Shown here: in pieces, positions 12,959-25,720 of the stretch
How positions within the stretch are numbered: the first letter of the stretch is position 1
How the letters are laid out: each line of letters starts with the position of its first letter
Program-made: the position numbers and the translations under genes
From: Lama glama
Lineage: Eukaryota
DNA length: 64,000 bases
Direction of reading: 5' to 3'
NCBI GenBank assembly: GCA_028534125.1
Contig: CM052817.1
Coordinates: forward strand, 12,030,001-12,094,000
The notes under the pieces: generated by a model
The model's input: only the letters and a program-made list of their open reading frames with translations
Databases searched by the model: none
What the model was told of the DNA's origin: nothing

Positions 12959-13530
12959 TTGCACATATTCTTTTTTTTAGATATTTTCCCAAGTATTTAA
13001 TCTTGGGGTATAACTAATGTAAGTTTCAATTTCAAATTCCAGTTTTATGTGTAGATTATATGTAAACAGTTTTTGTTTATTAACCTTGGATCTTGCATCC
13101 CTGCTATAATTGCTATTAGTTTCAGGAGGTTTTTTTTGTTTTGGGGTTTTGTTTTTTTTTTGTCATTTTTGACTCTTCCAGATTTTCTACACAATCATGC
13201 CATCTGCAAATAAAGATCGTTTTATTTCTTACTTTCCAATTTATATGCTTTCTGTCTTCTTTTCTTGTCTATTCATTAACTAGAACTTCCAATATTATGT
13301 TGAAAAGGAGGAAACTTTTTTCTATCTTAGAGGGAAATCTTACAGTTTCTCACCATTAAATATTATATTAGATTTAAGTTTTTTGTAGATTTAAAAAGAA
13401 ATTAAACTGGGGAAGTTACCTGCTGTTCTTCATTTTCTGAGAGTTTTTAATAATGAATAGTTATTGAATTTATCAATTTTTCCCATCTATTAATGTGATC
13501 ATATGTCCTTTCTTCTTTAGCCTGTTGGTG
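12959..13530 (-). mobile_element. L1MC1-like LINE-1, continuation
   Basis: Antisense ORF2 resumes (…acaatcatgccatctgcaaataaagat…ctagaacttccaatattatgttgaa). Confidence 0.8.
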
Positions 13531-14849
13531 TGTAGTCTATTATTTTTTCACTTAGCACTATTTGGGAAGGTGAATGTAGTTTTGACTAAGTAATTCAATT
13601 CAAGAGGAAGAAATTGTTTGCCCACATTTTCAAGCAATCTTCTCCAGTGCAGCCTTATGATAGTAACACTAGTATATTCATATCTACCGGTGATTTCTTA
13701 CCAATGCTCAATTGCTCTAGAGTTTATAGAGAGGAAACAGCATGACTGATTTTTACCAAATAAAAAGAGCCCTGAAAATTCTTAACAAAAGTAGTACCAA
13801 GCTTATAAGAATGTTTAATGTATTAGAAGAGATCAGTATTCAATAGAGGTAAGGTAAGTACTTGGTACATGGTAAACAATCACTAGTTACTTCTTCATTT
13901 TCTTACTTTCTTTTTCTTCTTCTTGTGATGATGGTGATGATGATGATGGCTGTGATCAGACTGCGTTTTCTAAGTACTATACTGCATGTTTTTTGCTACC
14001 TAGACTGCAAACTCATGTTTCCAAGGTTGTACTACATGTGCTAAACATTTTTACTGTATTACATATCCTACTACATAGGCTCAGGTAAGGCGCAACATGA
14101 AAATAATATAAATTTTAATAAGGGCGTGTGTTTATTTTTCCTTGTATATAGTTAAAGGGAAACTATGGAAGGGATAATGATATATCAACTTTCATGCTAA
14201 AAATGCAAGTAAAGAATACTACTATGGAATAACATATGTAAAATATTTTCCTAGTAGGAGCACCCTGGCTAAGGAGAGGAATAGATGCTTGGAAAGGTCA
14301 CTGAGAGGCTAAGTTTCCAGTGCTTGCGATTCCACTGTATCCTGCATTGAGAGGGTTGGAAAAGAACCAAATTACTCCGTGAAAAGAAGTTGGGAATGAG
14401 ATTTGGAGACTGTATAGCAGAAAGAGAGATGGCATCTTGCATGTGATAGCAAAAGAGGGATGGTGATGGGGGCAGAATTTTATATTGGTGCTTGTAGTTT
14501 GGTGGCAACATAAACTCTCTCTTTTATTTATTACAAGCTTTTTCAGTAAGTGCCAATAAATCTGCACTGCTTATGAGCAGTTTAATAAAAAGATGTGTTT
14601 TGAAGGGAGAACATACAGGACTAAACCTTTTTTTAAAGATTGGTTTGGCATGAAAACAAAGGCTACCCATTGAAAAACAGGCACATATTAGCTAATAATT
14701 CAGATTCCCTGGTATGCGTGGTAATGTGCTACCCACTGTTGATACGGAACTGAGCATGATGTAGACTCTGTGAAGACAGAGGCCACAGTCCTTACTACAG
14801 CATATCCTATAAATCTCATAGTGTATCAGTTGAAAACCTGTTTAAAGAA

Positions 14850-15112
14850 TTATTGATGAATGTGCCTTGAAAAAGGATTCATTGATTAGAGAGGTTTGGA
14901 AAACTCAGCATGCTCTAAATCCTCTTGGAGATTCCCAAAGCTCTTTAGTACATTAAAGACTGAGATGTCTGTAATTAAATGTACTCCATCATCACATGTA
15001 CTTATTTAACTTTGTTTAAGTCAGTCTTTCCCAAATGTATTTGCTCGTGAAACTCATTTTTAAAAGAGCATTCCTATTATCTCCTCTTGGACAATGTTCC
15101 TTGGGAAAGTAT
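14850..15112 (+). mobile_element. hAT-Charlie MITE (MER103C-like)
   Basis: ctcttggagattc…cattaaag…tttaactttgtttaa…tttcccaaa…tttg. Confidence 0.65.
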
Positions 15113-15261
15113 CACTTATAAAACACAACTTAGTGGAAAAAAGTAAAGTACAGAATGTTATGTTTTTGTAAGGGGACATGAGTTTGTTAACATGATAGCA
15201 TATTGAAAAGAGCTATCATTCTCTTTGAAGTTCTCTGAGGATGCTCACCCTATTAGGTCAT

Positions 15262-15655
15262 TCTATAAGTTAGGGTAAGTAATAAAAGCTACTGTAACAA
15301 ACAATTCCTAAATATTGATGACTGAAACATGTAAAAGTTTATTTCTTGCTTAGGTCACAGTTGCAATGCTGATTGGCAGGGAACATTGATCTGTGAAGTC
15401 ATCCAGTGAGTCAGAACTCTTGAAATCATATTCTGAATCATCATGGGTTTTCCCTTGACTCTGTTGCCTTATGAGCATAAAAGATTCCTCACAGAAAATC
15501 ATGCAGATAATTTGGTGAAGCATACCTAGAAACGGCAAATTCTGCCCACATTCCATTGTCCGGAGCTTGGTCATATGGTGGCCTCACATCTATGACTGTG
15601 CTAAGCAAGAAAAGGAGAACACAGATAAGGGTGAGCACTTGCTGTTCCTATCACA
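15262..15655 (-). mobile_element. MaLR LTR (MLT1J/K-like)
   Basis: gctactgtaacaaacaattcctaaat…aagtttatttcttgct…ctgcccacattccattg…gtcatatgg. Confidence 0.65.
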
Positions 15656-15669
15656 GATTTTGAAAAGTA

Positions 15670-16510
15670 TCTAAGAGTTTACTAGTGGGACGAAGTAGGT
15701 AAGGATATTTTAGGCACAAAGAGCTACATGAATAGAGGGCACAGATTCATAAAATGGAAGGAGGTTTTGAATAACTGTGAAGTTCAGGTGGCAGATGAGT
15801 CTGCAGAAACAGTTTGGGAATAGACTGTAAAGGATCATGGTGAGGATTTTGGACTTTGTATTGGAAATGATTGGGAATCAATGAAGGTTTTCAAGGTGAG
15901 TACGTGAACATATTTATTCTGTATAAGCAGCTCTGAGAAGAGTGTCCAGGATGGACTGGAGAGATAAGAGACTTGTGGAGAGAGAATAGTAGACAAAAAA
16001 CTGTTGCACTTACCTGGAAGAGAGGGTTCATTATGAGGATAGCATTGAAGATGAAGAGGACAAGCTAAACTGGGTAATTTCTTGGAGAAAGTAAGATTTG
16101 ATAAAGGGTTTGTGGTGGTGGAGGACTAGAAGACAGAAATGACTTTAAAGTTTCTGGTTGTTGTACTTGAGAGGATGCTGTACATATTTACCAAATATTT
16201 TGGAACTGGAGCAGATTTTGGGGTAAAGATAATTACTTCATATTTTACTTTGAGTTAAATGTGACTATTGGAGGTACGTGGCTGGAGTTTGAAAGAGAAT
16301 AACATTGCTTGGAGAGAAATAAGCACACAGACTCAACTTGAAATCTCGAGAATCAATGAAGGATAGGTCACAATGAGGAAAAACAATGGAAAGAGAGCCA
16401 AGGAGAGAACTCTAAACAAAGCTGAGAGTTAAGTGATGGGTAAGGAAAACACCGTGAAGTTGTCTTATTGATCAGGAATAAAAGTTTATCCTGAGTAGTG
16501 TGGTGTCTAG
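15670..16510 (-). mobile_element. L2 fragment
   Basis: gaggattttggactttg…ggatggactggaga…aatgactttaaagtttctgg. Confidence 0.65.
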
Positions 16511-18099
16511 GAAAAAAGTGCTCTTTCATAAAACATAATATCCAAGAACTTTCCTTCCTTGAATAGCATAGACATTTTTGTCAATGTCTTGGAAAATAAA
16601 ATGTATTGCTATTGAGATAAAAAATAAACCTCTATGACCATTACTTAAAGCATGTTTTGGAACTTGTTGCTTGACTAATAGAAAGCATTTGTGTTGAAAA
16701 TAGGGCAGCTGATACCACTTTTTCTCAATAGTGCCTATATTCGGTAAACATTAGATTTTATTGGAAAAATAAGGGAAAGCAATTTCAGTATCTGTAATGC
16801 ATGTTACAGAATAAGAGATGGTATGAGAAGGGAAAACGCTCCAGTAGTTTTTGACCACTGCTGCTGGCATGCTGACTTTGTGGGAAGGTGGAAATGATTG
16901 TCACATTTTAATTTACTTAGAAGAAGAAATACGAAATGGGTTTCATGACAAATGCATATCTGAGAGATATTTCTGTACAGGAGAAGAGAAATAGCTGCTA
17001 AGTGGATCCTGATTTGGGGCATAATCAAAACTGGACAATTTCCATATATATGTATTTGTGAACATGTCCTTCGTGGACTTTTAAATAGACATTTATAAAA
17101 GGTTTAGTATTTTTGGCAGGGAAAACGCATAAAGAATATGTTGCCATTTGGGAACTTGAATTAGGACACAAAAATACATTAGTCTATCCATTTTCTCACC
17201 TTGTTTAAAGAAAGAGAAGGATATTGAGCATTAAGCGTATTATTAAATTAGGGCTCCCTTGGGATCTGTGCATTATCCAACCAGATGTATGTGCTATATG
17301 TGCCTGATTGCTCTACACACTATTTCTTTCTCTTGCTGTCTCCCTTGCTCCTAGACAAAGTGAACCAGTGGTGTTCCAAGTGGAATGGGAGTGGTATGGA
17401 ATAGAGGGAAACTATGGAGAGATTTTCATCTCTACTTTCTGCACAGCACAGCCAAAGTACAGCCAAAGTTCTCCAAAAATTTGCAATAGTCACAGCTCGC
17501 TTCACTTGCCTCTGGCTTAGACACCTTCCTACTTCTACATTCCGTCAAAACAACCCTGAGTAAGGCTACCAAAGAGCACTCCAAACAGAGGATCAAGTAC
17601 AAGATGCTTTATGCATCCACCCAGTTGAGAGCTCTTTTGTTTTGCCGCTTTGGTTAAAAGGAAGCTATTCACTGCTGCCTCTTTTCTTACTCTATAGCCA
17701 CTCCCTCGTGTTTCTGTTGCACACCTATGTGGGACACCCAAGTGTGGTTTGTCCCCAGATTCCTGTCTACTGACTCTGTACCATATGTTCCTAATTTTCT
17801 ATGTCTGGGCTCATGGCATTACAAAATTAGAAACTTGGGTTTGGAGTTCACATTCAAATGTATTAAAAGACTCAGAACAACGTTGCAAAGTCATTCATTA
17901 ATGTGACATAATTAGCTTAACACTATTTCATGATGTAGGGAAAACGCATAGTCTTTGTACTACTTAAGTGGGTGAGGTTGTCTTCTCAATTACATAGTCT
18001 CACTAACTAGCCAGATAAGCCTAAGAAATTTAAAAGTAGAAGTGATTTCTCCATGCTTATTTTTCCCCTGCTCCAGCAACCCTTGAGGACAAATGTTCC

Positions 18100-18280
18100 G
18101 TTGTATTTACAAATGTAATCTCATTAAAATCTCTTACTAATTTTGTGATGAAGACACTATGCCCATTTAACAGATGATGAAACTGATGAAACAGACTTAA
18201 TGAGGTTAAGTAAATTAGCTAACATCACATAACTCATAAGGTAAAGAGCTCTAATGTGAACCTTATTACCCCTACACTGC
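18100..18280 (-). mobile_element. MIR SINE
   Basis: cccatttaacagatgatgaaactga…gaggttaagtaa. Confidence 0.65.
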
Positions 18281-18341
18281 ACTTAGTGGTGACATATAAT
18301 TTGGTCCACTCTACTTTGAAAAGATTGTTTTTCAATTGTGT

Positions 18342-18677
18342 TGTTGTAGACTGAATGTTTGTGCCCCTACCAAGTTCATAGTGGGGACTTCGGAAAATAA
18401 TTAGGATGTGATGAGGTCATGAGGGTAGAGCCCTCATGAATGGGATTAGTGTCCCTATACAAGTCAGGAGAGAGCTTACTTCTCTCTCCTCTTTGTCATG
18501 TGAAAATACAATGAGAAGTAGGCACTCTGCAACCCGGCAGAGGGTCCTTACCAGAAGGTGACCATGCTTCCACCCTAATCTTAGACTTTCAGCCTCCAGA
18601 ACTGTAAGAAGTAAGTTTCTGCTGTTTATAAGCTGCACAGTCTACAATACTTTGTTATAGCAGCTGAAACCAAGACA
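18342..18677 (+). mobile_element. MaLR solo LTR (MLT1A0-like)
   Basis: TGTTGTAGACTGAATGTTTGTG…gccctcatgaatgggattagtg…cagcctccagaactgtaaga…AAGACA. Confidence 0.9.
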
Positions 18678-20009
18678 AATGTCATTGCCTCAATGTTTTT
18701 CCCTGGAAGTTCCGAAGTTTTTTCTTCCCCCCTCTGTGCCTTCTTTCCTTTTTCCTATCTTCCTTCCATCTTAACTTTTCTCATTCATTGAAACTTTAAA
18801 GACCATATTAGTCAACACCTGGGCAAAACAATGATTCCAAGAGGATCACAGTCCTCTTGGCTAGATTTTATTGGCTAGATGTGAAATTTTAGAGAGAGAT
18901 AGAGAATCTATAGTCACTTTGGTGTTTATCTCCAAAGTTCCTTTCCAGTGACCAAAACTGAGCATCTTCTTTTTCTTCTTCTCTTCTTTCCACGCATCCC
19001 AGAGACCTAGACTGCTCTCTTACTCTTCCGCCACTCGCTATATTCTTTGGGTTTCTTCTCCCCGCGTACCAGGTTGCAGAGAGACTGCATTTCTCCAAAT
19101 GCTTCTCTTTCTGGCCTCCCTCAAGGGAAACTATACAGTACTAACTTAAAGAAAAAACCCCTTTTAGATTTCAAAACAGTTTTCCCCAACTGCTGAATTT
19201 AATCTCAAGATTCAGTTTTTTTCCCTCTAGTGCTTGAATGTTTGCATTTCTTTGTTAATTAATAGGTGAGGGCAGAAGAAGAGACTGCAAGAGAGTGCAG
19301 GAAACCTGGGATCAGTTTCACTGGGCTACTGTTGTAGAACTCTTCCTAGGAGAACTCCAAGCCTACAAGGAAATAAAAGCCACCAGGTTTATTTTCATGC
19401 ATACAGAATACTTTGCTCCTGAATTGGCAACAAAAAGCTAAGTGCTGTGTAGCATAAGGCATCCAGGCCCCTGGGGCAGAGAATGGAGGCCTGCTCCCAC
19501 GGTAGGTGCAGCTAAAGGCTGTTGATTTACAGTCTGCTTCTGGGAGTGTCGGGGGAAACATTATTCCTCATACATATTATTCATTTGTCTATTTATGCAT
19601 GAGATGTTTATTGAGAAAATAACACTCCAGAAGAAATGGCACGTGCTTCTGGACACTCACAATTTATAGAAGACTTCCTTCCCTCAGTCCCCGACTGCAT
19701 CTTATATCTTGGTCAGCAATTACCGATGGTCACTCATGGAGAAACCAGCCTGTACCACAGCAACTGGGGACACAAGTAACCCCTCCATATGTTGAGTTAT
19801 TTATGAGCCCATCAGCTGTTTGAGGGACAATAGTAATCTTTGAGAGTAGTGTCACACCTGGCTTAAAGGACATCAAAGAGCATCTGTGACTCCCCTTTGC
19901 CTTTGGGGCCACGTGTGAGCTCTGCGTTGTGGTGTGGGGAGCTCTGTAATAACCGAGCGCTGACTAATCTTGACTCATCTGTCACTGCTCTGGTTTGTGC
20001 TTCACTCAC

Positions 20010-20440
20010 TAGCAAAATCAGACCGCTGGAAGTTCCACACATCAACATGTTTCCCACTTCCTTCCATTCCTCTCTGCCTGTAATGTTCCCCGTTTCCATG
20101 ACCCACTTCCCCTCCCAGACTATGCTTTGGTGCAGCACCCCCAACCCGCTAATTCCTAATGATCCTTAGAGGTTCAGTTTGCCATGACCTCCCCAGGAAA
20201 CCGTGCCTGACTCCAAGAACTTTAGACTCTGATACTCTCCTTCTGTATTCGTTAAACACTACTTAGTGCACTCAGCTGCCCCTTTGCAATTGTAATGACC
20301 CATTTTCGTGTCAGACTGCTCACTGTGCTGTGACATTCCTAAAGGCAAGATCTCTGCATTATCTATTTTTATATACCCATGCTCTTGCATGGTATCTGAC
20401 ATGAAGCAGGAATGAGTGAACAAAACCAATGAATAAATGC
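20010..20440 (+). mobile_element. L2 3' end
   Basis: acctccccaggaaacc…aaggcaagatct…atgaataaatg tail. Confidence 0.6.
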
Positions 20441-20519
20441 AAGAATAGTGAGGTTTAGCTTTGTACCAGTTTGAAATTGCATTCGGTATTGAGTGACAGA
20501 TCCAGACACCAAGGAAATA

Positions 20520-20955
20520 GTGATTCTCATGCAATATGAGGATATAGGTGGTTCCATGTCAGTAGATGTGCTTCATGCACATCTTAAATGACCCAGGGTT
20601 TTCTACATTTTTGTTCTTCACTCTTAGTAAATGATACCCTCCAAATCTGCTCATGGTCACAGATGACTGCTTAGCTCTAGTTATCATGTCTGCATCCTAG
20701 TCAGGGAGCAAGCTGCAGGAAGAGGGAATACAAAGTTGCATAGCAATTGAGCGGTTTTTCGGCCTTTTATCCAAAAGCCAACTGCCACTTCTGCTTACCT
20801 CTCATTAGCTAGAATTTAATCGTGTGGCCACCTCCACCTGACAGTGAACCTGAGAAAGGCAGAGTTTTTGTTGCATACATTGTCACATCCAACAAATCAA
20901 AGTTCTGTGAGGGTGGGAGAGAGGAGAGTGGATATTGTCGGCCCCAGGCAATAAA
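20520..20955 (-). mobile_element. MaLR LTR (MLT1J-like)
   Basis: catggtcacagatgactgc…acttctgcttacctctcattagctagaa…gtggccacc. Confidence 0.7.
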
Positions 20956-21059
20956 GAACATTTGAGTGTCTAATGTTATGAGTTGATTTAAATGGAGGCT
21001 GTAATTCCAATCTTCCAGTTGAATTGAAATATCTAAATTCTTTGTGTGGCTATTTTATG

Positions 21060-21486
21060 AGTTAAGGTCTAGTTAGGGAAACATACTACTGTTCAATATG
21101 AGAGAATTAATACAGGGGTTTTAGAACAGCTGAAAGGCTAAACAGGGAACTAAGAAGCAGCCAGAGTTAGCAGCAGATAAAACAACGTGAGAAGGTAGTA
21201 TCACGGGGGCCCGGGAGACAAAGCGGCCCGCTGGGCCCTGGGCATCAGTCGGAGTTGCCTGGAAGGGTCTGGGACCATATAGGAGATGCAACCGCTACCA
21301 GACACAAGAGAGAGACAGTAAGAGTCTAGATTCTCCCTCCCACCTGCCTTCAGTCTCCACCAGTGCCCCCCATTCTCTGCCCGTAGTCAGAAGCCTATGG
21401 TTAGGGCAGCTTGGGAAAAGTTTACAGGGTCAGCCCACTGTGATTGGGGAATGGATCTGAGAGAAAATGTGCAAATGTCTAGCACA
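21060..21486 (-). mobile_element. ERVL LTR (LTR33/LTR41-like)
   Basis: cagtgcccccattc…agaagcc…gggtcagcc…ggatctgagag…tagcaca terminus. Confidence 0.6.
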
Positions 21487-21579
21487 GGCGCTGGTAGTGG
21501 GGCAAAGAACAACCTTCCTAAATGCAGCTTTTCATAAGTCAGTAGGGGAAGGAGTGCACGGTAGCAAGGCAGGTACTCA

Positions 21580-21950
21580 CTTGTATTCAGAAGTGAATTT
21601 ATGTATTAGCTCCTCTGCTTACCAGCTGTAGGACTTTTAGCAAGCCACATAAACTCCCTGAGCCTCGGTTTCTTAATTTTAAAAATGGAGATGTTAAATA
21701 TCTCGTCTACTTTCCTCAAAGGGTCCCTATGAATGTTGAAGAAGATTAAAACAACTGTGTGAATACGTCATAAAGGATGTATTTGAAGATGACTGACGAA
21801 GCAACTGCTATATTCCAGGTACTGTCTATGTGCTTTACCATGTCATCTGATTTAACCCTCACAACGGTATTTATAGGAAGGGATGAACTGGTCCATTTAT
21901 AGATGAAATTGAAGAACAAAGTAAGAATTGAGGCTAGAGAGGTTGATAGC
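21580..21950. mobile_element. Two MIR SINEs, tail-to-tail
   Basis: + copy (cttaccagctgt…ctgagcctcggtttctt), then - copy (ccatttatagatga…gaggctagagaggtt). Confidence 0.6.
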
Positions 21951-22710
21951 AACTTGATTCTAAAATGTCTTGTAGATATTGTTAAGAGAGTTGCTTTTTT
22001 AAATGCTATTTTTAGAATAACGTTTGTTATTCAAATGTCTGAAGTTACTTTTTTAATGTTTAAACAAATGAGACATAATGAGGTCTAAATTTAAGAAATA
22101 AAAACCGAGGTGGCAGGGAGCGGGTTGACTGGGGGTGAGAGGAAGTGGTAGAATGGAGAAAGCAGGATCAATAGTACAGGGCTCGCTTCTTTGATTTTCA
22201 AATCTATTGCAACACTGCGATTCAAATTATTGGTTTTTTAACTCATCTAAAGGGAAAATATGCTCTATATAGAGAGATTTTGAAAATATTTCACTAAGAT
22301 TAACTAAACCTCAATCAAAATTGATATCTGATGAAGGATTAAATTAGAATTAGAATTTCCTTAGAACTCTCACTTTTGCTTGTTAAGCTCTGATACCTTT
22401 ATGGTGCTAAAGGGCATGGATTTGACTGAGGGCCACGTCCACTCTGGCCAGTACAGAGTTTGTCTGTGATCAGAAACAGTGTGGGGCATGATGTGCATTT
22501 GCCTGTTTCTGGGCTTGTATGGGTTCCCTGTTTCTGAACATGGTCCTCTGCACCCATTTCTGTGTGTCTGGTTTTGTGTATTTGTCAAATGCTTTCTCAG
22601 AGGATGTGGCAGTGGTGAAAGGGAGCGCCTAACATCTCTGGAAAACCTCAAACCTGCTTTAAGGTGATCAAACATAGACCTTTTCAGAATCACAGTTGCA
22701 AACAGATGCA

Positions 22711-22918
22711 TTTTTTGTATATATATATTTTTATTGAAGTATTTTTTTATTGAAGTCAGTTTACAATGTTGTGTCAGTTTACATAAAATACATAAACAGG
22801 TTTATACTGCATAGCACAGGGAACCTATATTCAATACCTTGTAGTAACTTATGGTAAAAAAAGAATATGAAAACGAATATACGTATGTTCATGTTTGAAG
22901 CATTATGCTGAATACAAG
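22711..22918 (-). mobile_element. Short young LINE-1 insertion with 5' inversion
   Basis: Antisense L1 tail 22711-22780 joined to sense L1 3'-UTR 22781-22918; TSD-like agatgcattt (22704-22713) / agatgtattt (22917-22926). Confidence 0.85.
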
Positions 22919-22996
22919 ATGTATTTATTTTTATTACTTTTTCTGACAGTATTGACTGATATAAGCCAACGTGTAATCTCTTATATTGGGATTGCC

Positions 22997-23525
22997 TTGT
23001 ACTGGATTGCATGATGGTCCTTAGAACCTTCCTCAGTGTCCCTCTTATGCTTTCTTTGGTGTCTTAGGGCCTAAAAGGCCAGGAACTGCACTTCCCAGTG
23101 TCTCTCACTGTGTGTTTCTGGTTTACCTTTTTCTAATGAATGGCACTGCATTAGTGTAGGAAGGTGGGAGGAAGCAGAAGCCATGATACTTCTTTGTCAA
23201 TGGAAGGTAGGTAGCACCTGGCCTTTAGCAGATGTGAGGTTCAGCAGTAATTTCTGGGAACACTTTTAAAGTCACCAGCCTCACTGTTCCAGGCAGCAGT
23301 GACTATCTGACAGTGGTTTCCTGGAGTTCCTGACCTGGTTGAAACTTGCTGATTCTCAGAAGGCTGGTCAGGTCAACCTGAGAGCTAGTGTCAGCCTTCT
23401 CTGATTTTCCCTGATCTCCTCTAGCCTTTCTAACGGTATTACTGGCACCAAATTCTGGGTATTCAATCCTTTCCTGCTTGAAATCTCTAAAGCAGCTTCT
23501 GTTTCTCAAACCTGACCAAATATAT
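22997..23525 (+). mobile_element. ERVL LTR (LTR33-like)
   Basis: aactgcacttcccag…ggtgggaggaagcagaagcc…aatcctttcctgcttgaaat…cttctgtttctc. Confidence 0.7.
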
Positions 23526-23934
23526 CCCATGGATCCTGGTACCCACCACATTACTTAGAAATGTAAGGAGGAAATTACTTTTTTATTGCTGATTACTCAT
23601 AAGGACACATAGTAGACTGAAAGACAATCTGAATGGCAGAATCAGGTAGATACACTGAGACATCTCTCCTATCCAATGTGGCAACACATTTTTTGAAACA
23701 AATCTTTGAAAATTCATGATCTGTTGAGTTATGGCTTCCACATTGGAGAAGCCTTCTCTCTTCTTATAGCAAACAACTTCTGGCAGGCCTTGTTTGTAAC
23801 TCCTCCAGACAACCTTGTAAGAATTCTAGGGTGAACATAATGAAACTATCACCTGAGACCTCTGTTATACATGTGTGAACAGTGTATTAAATAAGCACAA
23901 ATCATGGCTTCATCAAAACACACCTACATTTTGA

Positions 23935-24618
23935 TATTTTTTTTCTCTGACTTACTTCACTTAGAATGACAATCACCAGATACATCCATGTTGCTGAAAA
24001 TGGCATTATTTTATTCCTTTTTATGGCTGAGTAGTATTCCATTGTATAATTATACCACATTTTCTTTATCCAGTCATCTATCGATGGACATTTAGGTTGC
24101 TTCCATGTCTTGGCTATTGTAAATAGTGCTGCTATGAACATTGGGGTGCATGTATCTTTTTGAATTAAGATTCCCTCTGGATAAATGCCCAGGAGTGGGA
24201 TTGCTGGATCATATGGTAAGTCTATTTTCAGTCTTTTGAGGAATCTCCATACTGTTTTCCATAATGGCTGCACCAAACTACATTCCCACCAACAGTGTGG
24301 GAGGGTTCCCTTTTCTCCACAGCCTCTCCAGCATTTGTTTGTGGACTTTTTAACGATGGCCATTCTGACTGGTGTGATGTGATAATACCATATGATATCA
24401 CTTATATGTGGAATCTTGAAAAAAAACAAAGAAACTTATTTACAAAAAGAAACAGACTCACAGACAGAAGAAACAAACTTACGGTTACTGGGGGTGGGGG
24501 AAGGGAGTGAGAAGGAATAAATTGGGAGTCCAAGATTTGCAGATACTAACTACTATATATAAAATAAATAAACAACAAGTCCATGCTGTAGAGCACAGGG
24601 AACTATATTCGATATTAG
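23935..24618 (+). mobile_element. Young LINE-1 with inverted 5' segment encoding the ORF2p C-terminal cysteine-rich region
   Basis: Minus-strand ORF 23902..24429 includes [47 protein letters not shown]…[12 protein letters not shown]…TMEYYSAIK (L1 ORF2p C-terminus); sense 3' UTR from ~24383. Confidence 0.92.
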
Positions 24619-24759
24619 GTAAAATGCAGTCTGATAGTCACTTTACAAAATAAATAGTATCTTAATTCAGAAATTTGGCACCCAGTGTAAATTATTCATC
24701 AAAACGCTGAACATGGTTTAAAGTCAATCTTCTCTCCTCCTCATATTCTAACCTGCTTC

Positions 24760-25300
24760 AGGGTGTGAGCCTGTAATTGACTGGTTGATCCTATTTCTCT
24801 GCCTGCTTTTCCTCCTTCACCCCCATTTGTTTGCTTCCAGAATTCTGAGAGTCCAAGTTTAAAGGAAAGGAATGGAGATGTGATAACACATAAGAAAGAA
24901 CAAGTAATTGATTCTCACGTAGCTGGCTTTGTGTTCTCAGGTCTCGTCTTATGTATAAAGCTGTATCTTTCTTTATTGTAGGGTCAGTTTTTGGCCTTTT
25001 GTCAGGACCCTCATTGCCTCCTCTAACTGCAGTTTCCTTGATCTGGGCTGTTTGCCTCAGGCATTTTCTGAACCTCTAACGAACCAGTGTTCATATAATA
25101 TCTAGCTTCCTGGTGCTGGGTTTCCCCTGCCTCTATAGACCAACTTATTGGGAAGGATCACAAGTCAGTTCTCTGTTTCCTGTCTTCCTACATCAGGTCC
25201 ATGGGAAACACCCATGATTTCTTTTCACTGACAAACTCAAGGACCACAGCCATCTCTCCTCCTTCCTTCCAATTCTTCCTGACACATGTGATCTTTCCTG
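24760..25300. mobile_element. Possible ancient LTR fragment (LTR78-like)
   Basis: Shares motif order with 55200-56230 (tagctgg…gtctc…, catgggaa.ca); family assignment from memory only. Confidence 0.35.
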
Positions 25301-25509
25301 CCCCTCCTTTTCCATGAACATCCATGATGGTCTTTTCATCTACTCCTTCATTGTAACCTCATCAATTCAATACCTTTCTTGAGTTATAGTTAATCTGAGT
25401 ATCATTTCCCATGTCCATGTGGTATTTTTTTATTCTGTACCTTTCTCCTGTTTGCTAGAACCTCTTCATCCTCTTCCTTAATAGAATTTTTACATCTTGA
25501 TTTTGAAAG

Positions 25510-25720
25510 TGAGAGTAACTCTATAGAAATCTTTCTTTGCTCTTCACCAGCTGCATGACCTTGGACCAGTTATTTAATCTCACTCTCCTCCTCTGTGAAA
25601 CAGGGGTTAAAAAGTATCTAAGACATAGATTTCTTGTGGAAAATAGCTAACATGATCCACGTGAAGAAGGCCTTAGCACAATACCTTGTGCTCAATAAAT
25701 ATTGGCTTTTTGCTGTTATT
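25510..25720 (+). mobile_element. MIR SINE
   Basis: accagctgcatgaccttggaccagttatttaatctc…cttagcaca…gtgctcaataaat. Confidence 0.75.

Noticed and set aside
23902..24429. 175-aa ORF as a host gene
   Set aside because: It is the L1 ORF2p C-terminus in an inverted L1 fragment; its start lies in the oppositely oriented L1 piece.
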